The position numbers and the translations under genes are program-made. Below, piece after piece: positions 28,856-40,949 of a stretch of DNA of 64,000 bases; position 1 is the first letter of the stretch, and each line of letters starts with the position of its first letter. Origin of the DNA: Takakia lepidozioides (taxonomy: Eukaryota; Plantae; Bryophyta); the NCBI GenBank assembly GCA_030704615.1, contig CM060733.1:38316001-38380000 (forward strand). The letters run 5' to 3'. The notes under the pieces were generated by a model. That model was not told the DNA's origin. It ran no database searches and worked only from the letters and a program-made list of their open reading frames with translations.

Positions 28856-29192
28856 AAACTACCCAAGATTCAAAATCTAGTTGAGCTTGAATCTTGGAGC
28901 TTCTAAGCTTCTCTTGGAGCTTCTCTTTCATCCACTCTTGTGAAGGCTTCCTTCAATTTAAGATTCTCACTTGCTATCAGAAAGAAACCCAAAAGCCTTG
29001 CAATTCAAAATAGCTTATGTATTGGAGGATTTTACATGCCTAAAGGCGAAGGGGTGGAATCGTCAAATGGATCTGTAAAGTAGTCGCAATCACATTTTAA
29101 ACTACCCAACCGTAGCTAGCGTAACTAAGAGCCTCTTCCCCTTGCGGATACTGTCCCTTTTTGGGGGTGGGCTCTAAGAGAATCAGAACTAG

Positions 29193-29917
29193 TCACACAC
29201 TGGCTAGTTGGCCACTTTCAATTTTCCTTTTATTGAGAATTAGGGATGTGAGTGATGTAATTGTTGTGAAGTACATGGTGCGCAGAAGAGGTGTGGTGTA
29301 CTTAGGTGATAGTTGAAGGTTCTTTTTTAGATCATGGATATTATGACTATGTGCGCCACCCCTAACACCCGCAATAATAACGGTAAGGGAGGCTGTCTTC
29401 CATCCGTATTGACGAAGGGCCAATAGAATTGGGTCATATTTTTCACGTTTATACATAATTGATTTGCCTGGATATCTATCATGGCATAATGTGAATTCAA
29501 TAATATGGATTGTGAAGGATGGGTGTGGTTTTATTGGTGAGATAGTTGTGATAGGAAGGCCGTGAATAAGTAGATATCCGGGCAATGCCACGGTAGCAAC
29601 AAGGGTGGCCTAAGCATATGCACGGCAGTAGCCATTGGGATGTAGTCTTGTCGGACGGTTGTCCCTAAAATATACCTACATTAATGAGGTTGAACCATCT
29701 AGACTTAGTGCGACAGAAGTAATTTAAGAAGTTGTCTAGCTCCTTGGTTATGCCTGGTTATTTGAAGTCCGTGGATTATGGGGTGGTTACAATGGAGAAG
29801 CAAGTATGGCCATGTGTCTATTAAGGGTGGTTGGGCGCTACATAAAACACAATGCTTGTTGGGGTATAATAAAGGCCAGAACAAATTATGTCTTTGGGTT
29901 ACCCATGTATTGTCCAT
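29193..29917 (-). mobile_element. 3' remnant of a non-LTR retrotransposon with restriction-like endonuclease (R2/CRE-type)
   Basis: CxxC zinc-knuckle remnant, RHN motif, LPDI (frameshifted) and IIEFT..K..KY..L..ALRQYGW..IIAGVRG. Confidence 0.75.
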
Positions 29918-30631
29918 ATCTAAATCTTAGGGTTTGTTTAATTTGTGCACAGTAACTGTAGGGGATGTCCAGATTTCTCACTTCTCCCACATTTGGCAAA
30001 ATGGCTCTTTGTTACCACCTCACGAAGCAACTCATGATCTATCTCGGAGACGGGCTGCCGCTGGGTGGAATGAGGTATTCAGTAATCTCCCTGCTTTATG
30101 GATCTCTTTGACTTCTTATCCCAAAAATTTGAGACAACTCCCAATGTGGCTTGGATATTTGCCTCATTCTGAGGACATTTCGAGGACATTTCTGAGGACA
30201 TTCTGACACATGAGTTGATTGGAACAACTCCCCACCTTCCTGCTGGCAGCTCCCATAGTGCTAGATTTTCTCCAATAGAATGAGAAGAGTCTGAGGTTAA
30301 TTAGAGACACCGTAGAAGTTTTAGAAAGGGAAAATCTAAAGCCCAACTCTCGTTTGAGCCTTACAAACGTACAAGAGAGGTAGCTATGAGTGTTTCTGAA
30401 TTTATGGTATTTTTTGATGACTATGGCTATGGGTTGTGTCCCCCTGTTCAGCCTCCATGGCCTTCTTGGCAAGGTTATTTTTTCCTTGCGGAATCTTAAT
30501 ATATTATGTGGGCTTCATCCTGATTCCCCACATCTGCCAAAAATAATAATAATAATAATAAAATGAAGAAATAATAGGGTGTATATGTTTATTCCTGTGC
30601 CCTGAAAAAACTAAAAACATAATAGAAATAG

Positions 30632-32894
30632 ATGACCAAATATTTCTTCATAAAGGCAAAGCAAAGAAGGATGGCCTCTTCTATTGCTTCTCTCACAAAA
30701 CCGGATGGTTCGGCCACCACCTCCCCAAAAGAGATGGCTCTAATTGCAGAGCAGCATTTCGCTTCGTTGTTCTCCAAAAGAGCTGCCTCTGCTGAGAAAG
30801 AACAGGCCTCCACCTCTATTCTGCATTCTATACCATCGCTCCTCTCAGATGAAGAAAGACTGGAGCTGGATGCCCAACTTTCTGACTCAGAGCTGGCCCA
30901 CGCTCTGCAATCCCTCCAGTCTAGAAAAATGCCGGGGTTAGATGGATTGCCTATAAAGTTCTTCAAAGCGCTATGGCATACTATAGATGATGATTTTATG
31001 GCGTTAGTTAAAGACGTCCTCTCTAAAGGCATTACGCCTTCTCAAATATCTATAGGTCTTATCACTTTGATCTATAAGAAGGGGGACAGAGGGTTACTAA
31101 CCAACTATCGTCCTATTACGCTCCTAAACACCACTTATAAGATCATTGCCAAGGCTTGGCATTGAGATTACAGCCTATCCTTGCCAGGATCATTAGACCA
31201 GAGCAAACTGGATATCTCAAGGGAAGAATGATCCTAGACAACCTGCTTCTAATTAATGAGGCTTTACACAAAGCCAAACATTCGGAGGAGCCCCTGGCTA
31301 TTCTCATGCTAGACTTTGAAAAGGCTTTTGATAATATAGATTGGATTTCTTGCATAAGGTGCTGGACAAAATGGGCATGCCAGCATCCTTTTCCAAGTGG
31401 GTAAGGATCCTCCTAAGTTATGCGTCAAGCAAGGTCTCGGTTAACGGGGCTATATATCCAAGTCTTTTGCTCTTCACAGATCTGTCAGGCAGGGCTGCCC
31501 ATTGGCCCCTTACCTTTTTCTAATAGCAGCTGATGCGTTAGGTCATTATCTCGGCTCCAGACATGGTATACTGGGTCTAAAAGTGTTGGGGGACTCATCT
31601 GTCAAATTGTCTATGTACATGCCGATGATTATACTACTCTGCTGCTCAACAATGAAAGCCAGGACAATATCAACAGGGCTTGTGAGGCCTTGCAGCTTTT
31701 TTGTTTGGCTTCTGGTCTCAAAGTGAACTGGAACAAGTCAGTTGGGCTTCTCACCAGGAACTGCTTCTTAATGCCAGCAAGAGTCATGGCCTCCCTGGGG
31801 TCAGGAGTGGGGCCTTAGGTGGTTGCAACCCGGTACTGCTCACACTTTGCTGGGTTTCCAAGTGGATATTGGTCTTTCTGAAGAGCAGCGACAGTGAACC
31901 TATTCTTCGGAGGCTCCAAAACAGCTGTCTTTCTGGAGCTCCGCTATGCTCTCAATTGCAGGTAGGGCTCTTGTGCTCAATCAGATTTTACTCGCCTCCA
32001 TGTGGTTTTTAGCCTCAGTCTGGTCCACTGGAACTAAGCTCATCGCCAAAATTAAAGCGTTGATGTGAAATTTCCTGTGGGGAGAATCCCCATCGGCTCC
32101 TACCAAGCGAGCGCTAGTCTCCTGGGCCCAGCTCTGTAGGCCTAAAAAGAAGGTGGTCTGGGCCTTATAGACCCCTCATGGCAGATTTGTGCTCTACTAG
32201 CTAAGTGGATTCCTAGGACTATCTATCATGGGGATAGCCCCTGGTGCATTAATCTGGTTAGAGAGCATCTGCTCAACTCTCTACCCTCTTGCTCCTCTTT
32301 GTGGGCACCGTCCCTGAAATGGCTGGTGTAGGGACCTGTCAAAACAAAGAGCAAAGGCTCGAGGGCTTGGAACTCCATTTGGGCAGCTTGGAGCTCCATC
32401 AGGCCACATCTGCAGCAGGTAAGGGCCTCTTGCTTTGAGGAAGCCATCAGGCAGCCGTTATTTGGCAATCTCAATCTCAGTTGTGAGCCCTTATCTACTT
32501 TGAGCAAAAAGTGGGCTACATTGGAGTCCAAGGGGCTCTCGCATGTTGCCAATGTTTGGGAAAATGGAGACTTCCTGGAGCCTCACATTCTTTCTTCTCT
32601 TCTCTCGGCTTCCTCAATTCGTAATGACTGGGAATTAGTTAGGCAAGGGGTCTTGAATGTCATGCCACTACTAACAGGAGGAGGCTGCACTGCCAGTGGT
32701 CTTCCTTGTTGGTTTGGCAGAACCGTGGGGCTCGTTATATGCCTTGCTGGCAATCGAATCGACCGACTCGCAGTGGCTAGGGCTCATGTTTCATTCTTCG
32801 CCAGATGGTTCGCTTTTGTTTCTAGGATCGGGAGAATTTAAGCATGAGGAGGCTTATAGGATCAGAGTCTTGGAGACTTCCTCGGGTATCTTGG
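30632..32894 (+). mobile_element. L1-like LINE reverse-transcriptase remnant, frameshifted
   Basis: TKYFF, KMPGLDGLP, NYRPITLLNTTYKIIAK, EQTGY..GR.I.DN, LDFEKAFD, RQGCPL.PYLF, ADD, W..LC.PK.EGGLG. Confidence 0.9.
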
Positions 32895-35800
32895 CTTGGG
32901 GGGTGCACTCTTTATAAACTGTGCGTATCACGTGCGTTTGTCGCCTAATAAAAAAACCCCATGTATACGGGTCCTTGGATAATTTATACCCCCTCTATAC
33001 ATACTTTTTGAAGATTATAAAACCCCCTCCTGTAAATATACAAAAATTTATAAATTTTAAAAAGTACCCCCTTTTGTATGTATAGTCTCATTTTCCATCA
33101 TTAAAAATAACCCTCCAATATGTATATGTATGTTTTTATATTATATCGAATTTATTCATTTAAAACATAATAAAATCTAATAAATTAATTAAAAAAATTT
33201 ATTTGCCTTTGATAAAGTTGTCAAAGACTTTTCGGTCATTTGCATCAAGTACATATGTGTTTGACTTGACATTGTACTTTAAACATGCTAACGCGATAAT
33301 GGAATCCAAATCAACCATCATGTTATCCGTCAAATCGTACGTATAGACCCCTCCTCGAATTTTTTGGTACCATGCTAACCCAATCTCCATATGAGAAGGA
33401 CGCTCCAATAAATCAACAGAATCCCTACATTCTACAAACCGCTTATTGATTTTCTTCCGCATTCTTTGAACCATGCCCAAATACCAAGTGCCTTTGGTTG
33501 CTCCTCTGTAGGTTTTCCCTGGTCTGCCTTTCCTGTTTGTAGTTTGGATCGCAGTCTCCTCATCAACAAAAAATACAGCACAATCCGAACCCAATCCCAA
33601 GCTCGTGGCTTTGTTGCTGGTAGTTGGTTTGTTTTCTCGGCAAAACAACATCGATGCACTTCTTACTCGTGTCAATCTATCCTTGGATAGAGTAGGGTTG
33701 CCATTGAGTTGGCTAACCAAAGTGCTTTTGAATATGGTATTCCCGTCTATTTTGACAAATGGAACCATCACCTTCGATCCATCTTTCTCTTGTTCAAACT
33801 CATCAATGACAGCATCCAGAGTATGTCTCAATTCACTTTGAATAAGTACCTCTTCCGCATGATCATCCAAAGGTTGGCTCGAAACATCCTCCATTGAATT
33901 CGAAGGCCCGCACACCAATTCATCTTCCACGACCTCATTTTGAATATGTGTGTCTGCATTAAGAGGACAAATAGAATCTATGGCATCGACATCATCACCC
34001 TCCTCTTCCATGCTTTTGAATAGCTCGGCCTCCATTTGTCTCTCAATTGTCCATGGCTCATTCCACCAATCCAAGTTTGTCGCTTTGTTTGGTTTCATCC
34101 CAAGTTTATGGCATAAAAGTTGCGCTTCTAGAAATCCAGTTTTCAAAGCCTCCACAATGCAATCATCCGATTGGACAGTAGAAAAGTCGGACAAATCAGC
34201 AAGGGGGATACCTGGCTTCTTCTCCAAAGAAAACCAAATGTGTTCTTGTTTCTTGTGAGCTCTTGAGAACTTGGGTCATTTTGGATTCACCTCGAACTCG
34301 GATATGCGTGTTAATGCTCCTGCACTCTCAATCAAATCACACCCGTCATATGTCCTCTCATTCCGTAACATACCTCCCACTTTGCTGAAGAATATTTCAC
34401 ACACATCTGAACCAACAAGGCTCAAAAGAACTTGCACATGATTAAACTTATCCTTGAACAATTTGATAAGTAGAACCACGTAGTGGCATGAAATTTGTAA
34501 ATCCAAGTATGTTTCCCTGCTAATGAAGAAGGATTTCAGATTATACACCTCGTGGTGGAATAACCACAACTTCCACAATCTGAAAAAAAACGATACATTC
34601 GCAGCAGATTGTACCCTCTCACACAATGACATGTGAGGAGACAAAAAAATGTCGATGTAGCATGAAATGATGTATAGGTAAAATTCAGTATTTTTGGTCC
34701 TCTCCCTTCGATGATTCACAGTTGATTGTAACTCCCTCAAACAAGCTTGCACCTTCCGAGATGCCAGTCGTTGAGCTGCTGCCCAATTCTGTCGATCTTC
34801 TCTTTTGATATCACATTCCCGAAGTCCATGCTTGTCCACTGAAAATGAATGGTAGACCAATAACACATGATTCAATGTAGCAACCTCATCACCCAACACC
34901 AAAGTCCGTGATGCACTGTCCAAGGGATTTACCAATTTTTTCCCATTGTGGATGAAGTCCTGATCATGGAGTCCGTATATATCTCCCCAGTTGCACACTC
35001 GACCTGTAAACAACCATCCTTCCCAAGGGATGCAAAATCTACTTCCAGCCCCATTGGCATAATCTTCTAACATCACTTTTCTCCTCCTACTATCTCCGTC
35101 TGAAGCATGCCCAATTATAGGCCCAACCACGTCCCTCACATATTTGTCCCACAACTGTCTCACCACTTCCCATTGTGATCTCACAAAATTGTTGTCAAAT
35201 CTATTGCAAGTGAGCTGGATTACCAATACCAATCGAGGTAATCGTACATGTAGAGGATTTGCTATCAACACTCTGGCGTAATGGGCAACCACATTGTTTT
35301 TGAATGCCTCCACAATATGTTCGTACCCTGATTCCCCTTCTCCCACTTGCACCACAAAATTTGAAATACATACATGGTTGTCTTGAAGCCCACAGAACCC
35401 GAGAAGGGTGTCATCCCTAGCAATCCAACGTACCAATCGCTTCACAACAGTTTCATCTTCGGCCACCATCACTGGGATGCTTCCCATTGGAATATTTGCA
35501 TCTTCCATCACATCTCTGTAAATTCCAGCCACATGCTGAAATATATCATCCCTTCTCCCGCTCTATACTTCAAACCTTTCCTCAAAGACCGTCTTGTAGT
35601 ATCAATAGAAGGACCCCCCACATTTGAAGCCAAAAAATGATGCAATCTCGGACCCCCCCAAAGCTGCACAGTCTCAAACATTGTTTTTGTGCTAGTACCA
35701 TACCTCTTCCCTTGTGGAGACCTGTCAATATTCTTGCCCATATCAACAATAAAATCCCACAAACTTTCTTTTCCTTCAAAATCCCCCCTCCTATGTGCAT

Positions 35801-37607
35801 CAACAATATCACGACAAAATTTGAGAACATCTCCTCTTTCAATTGCCTCAATCCCAGACTCCTTCAAACTCCTACATCGCACAGACAAGGATGCCACTTT
35901 GGTCCTGGCCTCCCACAATTTGAACCTCAACTGCCTCAACTCCTGTCTGTTTTTGTAAACTTGTTTGACAATCTCGACATTTCCAAGATATGACAACCTT
36001 CTTCCCTTGCCAGTATCTCTCTCCCCTCTATATTCCATGGCACCTCTCTCTCTATATACCCTCATTCTGAAGTCATTTCCAAGGGAATGGAAGAACATGC
36101 TGAACACCTCAAGTTTGGAAATGGCTCCCCATCCAATGACACTCTAAACAATCCGCGTGCCGAAACGTACCAACAACCTTATGCTCTTGATTGTTTAGAG
36201 TGATGGTTGCATGTGTCAACGGCTCGACATACCACTTCTTTCCTCCCTTGCTATCTTGAAGGAATGGTTTCAGACTTATTCTCTTGTGGTTGTACTCCCA
36301 CCATTCATCCCATAGGCCCCAACACAAACTGTCTCTTCCTTTGTTGCATTGGGACCTTCGCTGTAATTGTCAATCCTCAATCAGATCTGCCCGTTGGGCA
36401 GCGTCAACACAAGTGTATGGAGTTTGTGACGAGGATGCTCCCATTGTTGATGCCACAATTGGATTGTCAAGTGGTGGGGACGGCAACACAGGTTGACTGA
36501 CCAAGAAAGAGCTTAGATCCCGTTGCTTTACATCTTTGGCAATCATAGGCTTTGGAGGCCTTCCTCTCTTTTTGCACAGTCCTTCACTACTTCCAACCTT
36601 CTGGCAAATCTCTGCATCGACATGAGTTTTCCCTTCACATGCTCTGTCAAAGAAGATTGCAAAGAACCTGTCCTTGGAAACAAGAGTAGCCACTTCGAAT
36701 CAAGTGCGCACTTAATCCTTATGGAACCCAACTGCGAATAGTCTCCAATTGTGGCTTCCACAATCTCAAATTTGTTTCCAGGATTGTCCTCACAAAACCG
36801 AGCGACTTCCTCTAATGCCTCTTTCACCCTGTTCTTCTTTGCATCTAATGCTTCATCTGCATTTACAGGGCTGATGACACATTGTGATGAACCCTTCCCA
36901 TGACGCCTCTCATAGGCTATGCGATGCCCCTCACTCCTCAAATGAGATCTCATAAAGTTTGCACATGCATCATATGGTTTGTTTTTCCCAGACCGTGCAT
37001 AAACATCCTCACACTCAACACACCATATGTGGAACATTGCTTGTCCTTGTTGATCCTTTGTCATGAGCTCAAACTTGTCACATCGTCCTTCTGCAGAGAT
37101 TTTCCTTTCAACGGCTCTAATCTCTTTCTGCCATTTTTGAATATCGCTGGATGTAGCCAATGTGCTGCACAATCTACCATATCTCTGTTGAAGTGCATGC
37201 TCATGTGCATGGTCTTCATTTCCACCATCGCCAGCAAAGGGTGTATCAGGGTCCATCCTCATCTTTTTAGACACTGGTGCCGGGTCCTCGCCTGGTCTGT
37301 CCTCATGCAAGATCGTAGAACCACTGGAAGATAGAGGTCTTTTCAATCCTTGGTCCCCATCATTTTGGTCTGAAATCTTAATGTGTACAGTATCCCCTTT
37401 CAGAACCATCCTCTCTTCCTGCTTGGCTGAAAGGACACTACCCCCCATGGAAAGGAAATGAAATTTTCCTGAGACAAGCTCATCACCTAGAATTTCTGCT
37501 CGGATGCATTTGTATGTGACACCTTGCATAGTGAACACAGAACCAAGCCTGTTTGGTGATGCATCTCCTCCAACGAGCAGGACTTTTACTTCCAACTCTT
37601 CTTCCAT
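32895..37607 (-). mobile_element. P-element-superfamily-like DNA transposon, decayed; one terminus predicted at 32895
   Basis: Transposase motifs as in the next feature; AT-rich 3' subterminal region; CACGTG at +34 from 32895, the same offset as in the related element at 45224. Confidence 0.7.
33199..37607 (-). pseudogene. P/THAP9-like DDE transposase, ~1,470 codons, broken by 3 frameshifts and 2 in-frame stops
   Basis: AEDET..RW....LLGFCG, GHASDGD, DFIH (DxxH) NGKKLVN, EDRQNWAAAQRL and GSDVCEIFFSKVG. N-terminal zinc-finger-like CxxC..H..H motifs and AT-hook KKRGRPPK. Stitched from ORFs 36543-37640, 36370-36693, 36109-36327, 35508-36107, 34276-35532 and 33199-34227. Confidence 0.8.
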
Positions 37608-38144
37608 GATGAGTTCACCTGCAAAATGCAATGAAAACATTTCAAATCAGACCTTGATAGACCAATAACAAAGCACCCAGGTTGGAAGGTTCCAAAGTCC
37701 TATTTTATACAGCCCTATAGGCTGTCCAAGCAGGGACTACGTTGATAAGAGGATGAAATGTGTACAGAAGCAAGTACCTGATTGATGAGTTTGATGCTGC
37801 TAATTCTTGCTGCTGCTATTGACCAAGTGCTGCTACTTCCACTGCTGGTAGCCCTCTTGGGTGATCCTGAACCCACAGTCCATCCTTGCATCAGCGGCTA
37901 GCCCTCCCTCCACACTAACATATTTAAATACAAAGTTATGTCAAACTCCCTACGATGTTGCATGAAGAAAGCTCACCTTGTTGACAATATTGTCCCACCG
38001 TTGTGGATCATATTTATAGAACTCCTGCCAGCGCTGTTCCTTGCTCCAAATCTGGCCCTCTTGGATGATTTTGCACCCACGATCCTCTCCCTGCATCAAC
38101 AGCTACCCCTCCCTCCACACTAACAATGCGTACATCATGCCTCT

Positions 38145-38782
38145 GCAGCTGCTACAGTGGCTTCCAGTTGACCATCTACCCATGCAGGTTTCTTGTAGCT
38201 ATCCTTCCACATGGAATCATAGGTAATCTGGAGCTTGGAATCCGGCCATCTGGAAATTTAGGGACGACTCTGATAACAGGGAAAAACAGGCTGAAATGTG
38301 TTGAAGAAGGTACCTTCATTAGCAGTCCCTTGTTCTATCAATTGCGCTGCTGCCGCTGCTATTTCCAGTTGACCATCTCCTACATTGTCCCACCACTGAC
38401 TGGGGTCAGAAAAGTATTCATTCCTTGAAAGCTTCTCTCCATCTCTGTTATCTTTTTTTAGGTATTGTCATGCTGCCACCTCGGCAGTAACTTGCAAAGT
38501 CACTCCAAAGCACCGCAGATCCACCCAACGAGCTAACTTACAGAATTCAATACATATGCTTCAGGGCTGAGTCTGATGAGAGGGAAAAACAGGCTGAAAC
38601 AGGTCAAACCAGAAGGTGCCCTCAGGCTGAAATGTGTTGAAGAAGGTACCTTCATCAGCAGTGCCTTGCTCTATCAATTGCGCTGCTGCTGCTGCTGTTT
38701 CAAGTTGACCATCCACCCACATTGTCCCACCATTGACTGGGGTCAGAAAAGTGTCTCATTCCAAAGCTTCTCTTCATCTCTG
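38145..38782 (-). repeat. Scrambled, degenerate duplications of the dynein-fragment region
   Basis: 38145-38310 resembles 41107-41305; 38500-38552 resembles 41319-41372; 38289-38447 resembles 38624-38782. Confidence 0.8.
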
Positions 38783-40660
38783 TGGTGCTATTGCAGGGTG
38801 ACTTCAATGCCCAAGTGGGCAAAGGGCTCCATCAGGACGATATCATTGGGTCTTCTGGTGAGGACGAGCTGAATTCTAATGGCAGACGGTTAATTAACTG
38901 TCTGGAAGAGCTTCAGCTTTTGACCTTGAATAACAAGACAAGAGGTGACCAAGTGCAGTGGACTCGTGAGAAATCCCAAACTGGGGAACGTTCCATTGTG
39001 GACTATATCATAATGGACAAAAATTTGTTCCCCCAGTGTGCCAATGTGTTGATCGACAGAACTGATATTGGTACCTCTGACCACTTCCTGGTTTGGACTG
39101 AGATCAAAAGGTGTTTTCCCAACACCAGAGTAGAAGAGATTCTCAAGGACTTGGACCTGGATCTGCAAGTCTTGACCCTGCTGGATAAATCCGACTTAGA
39201 GGCTGTAGTGTCCAAAGCCATGTCTGTTGCCATGAGATTGTCTGATGAAAATGAAGTTAGGCAGAAAACTTCCCTGAACTTGTTTCTAGTCAGTGACATG
39301 GGGGAGGACATCTTGGATGACCTCAAGGGTCCACCCACTCTCGGCACTAGACTGAAATTTAAACTCAGGGAAGGAAGCCTACCTTTGAACAGCAAACAGA
39401 AGCAAAGAGGAAAGGGGGAGTGCACTTCCCATTGTGTGGGCAATCTGAAGACAATATTCATTTTCCGATACACTGTCCGAGGTTCTCTCACCAAAGAGAC
39501 GCTCTCTTCAAATCTATCAAGGGAATTGTGCATGAATTGTCCTCCAATTGTAATTGGGATGCACATATCCAGAAAGTTGTTCAAACTGGCAAAGGCAAAG
39601 CTCTGGGGCTCACTAAAATTTTCCACTGCAGAGGGGTCAACTCTAAGGTTAAGAAAACCATGCTTTCTCGCGTTATTAGACCTACCTTGGAGTACGGATC
39701 TGCTATATGGGTTGATAACTCCAACCAGGCTAAGTCTCTAGAATCCATTCAAGTGGGGGTGCTTAAGGAGTGTATGTCAGCATGCTCCAAAACAGCCAAT
39801 GTGGCTGTTCGGGGTGAGTTTGGCATTCCATCCTTAAGCTCCCGACGAGATGAATTCATGGTCAGATGGTGGGGTCAGCTGCAACATATGCCCAACACCA
39901 GATATCCTAAGTTAATCGACTCTATATCTTGGAAACAGGACCGCCCTGTCAAACAGGCAAAGCCCTGGCAGAAGAGAGTAGAAAAGATTCTCAAGGACCT
40001 GGACCTGGATCCGCAAGTCTTGACCCTGCTGGATAAATCTGACTTAGAGGCTGTAGTGTCTGAAGCCATGTCTGTTGCCATGAGATTGTCTGATGAAAAT
40101 GAAGTTAGGCAGAGAACTTCCCTGAACTTGTTCCAGTCAGTGACATGGGGGTGGACATCTTGGATGACCTCAAGGGTCTACCCACTCTCGGCACTAGACT
40201 GAAATTTAAACTCAGGGCAGGAAGCCTACCTTTGAACAACAAACAGAAGCAGAGAGGAAAGGGAGAGTGCAATTGTCCGTTGTGTGGGCAACCTGAAGAC
40301 AATATTCATTTTCTGATACACTGTCCGGGGTTCTCTCACCAAAGAGACGCTCTCTTCAATTCTATCAAGGGAATTGTGCCTGTACCCCTGTTTACCAACT
40401 TTGAAAGTCTTGAGGCTGAGCCAAAAGCCCAGGCCCTCCTGAGGCCTAGTTTTTGGGCAAATCACACACAGCAGATTGATGCTTGTGTGAAGGGATTTCT
40501 AGAGGATATCTGGAAAACCCGGATTAATTCTATATATGAAGGTAAGTCTTACTACCAACGTCAGCCCCTGACAGAGGTAGGTTTTGTCCCTTTTGTTCCC
40601 GCTCAAACTGGGCGCGGGGTCAAAGTCCACAAGGCTATGGCGAACAACGTCTTATGAGTA
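38783..40660 (+). mobile_element. APE-type LINE remnant with RT core deleted and an internal ~405-bp duplication
   Basis: Endonuclease motifs LQGDFNA, SIVDYI and SDH; post-RT thumb (IRPTLEYGSAIW) and CPLC..ED..HFLIHC zinc knuckle; 39127-39531 duplicated at 39975-40379. Confidence 0.85.
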
Positions 40661-40949
40661 CAATCTAACTAGCTTCCCACTGGAAACCATCCTCCCTCTG
40701 CCCACATATCATTGAAGTACATCTCCAAAGGTAAGGATTGCAAAGGTAAGGATATGAGATTGGATCAAACATAGGTCTGAAGGAAAACCGAACTGTTTAT
40801 GTCTTTTCCTTCTCTCCTTTGCATGCTAAAGGAAGCCAACATATTTATACGTTTTAATCCAAGGAGTGGCCCCACCTTTGCCCTGGTTGGTGACAGTGAT
40901 GCACTTAAGCAAGAGACAAACATACATATCTGAATCTGCTAAAATGCCT

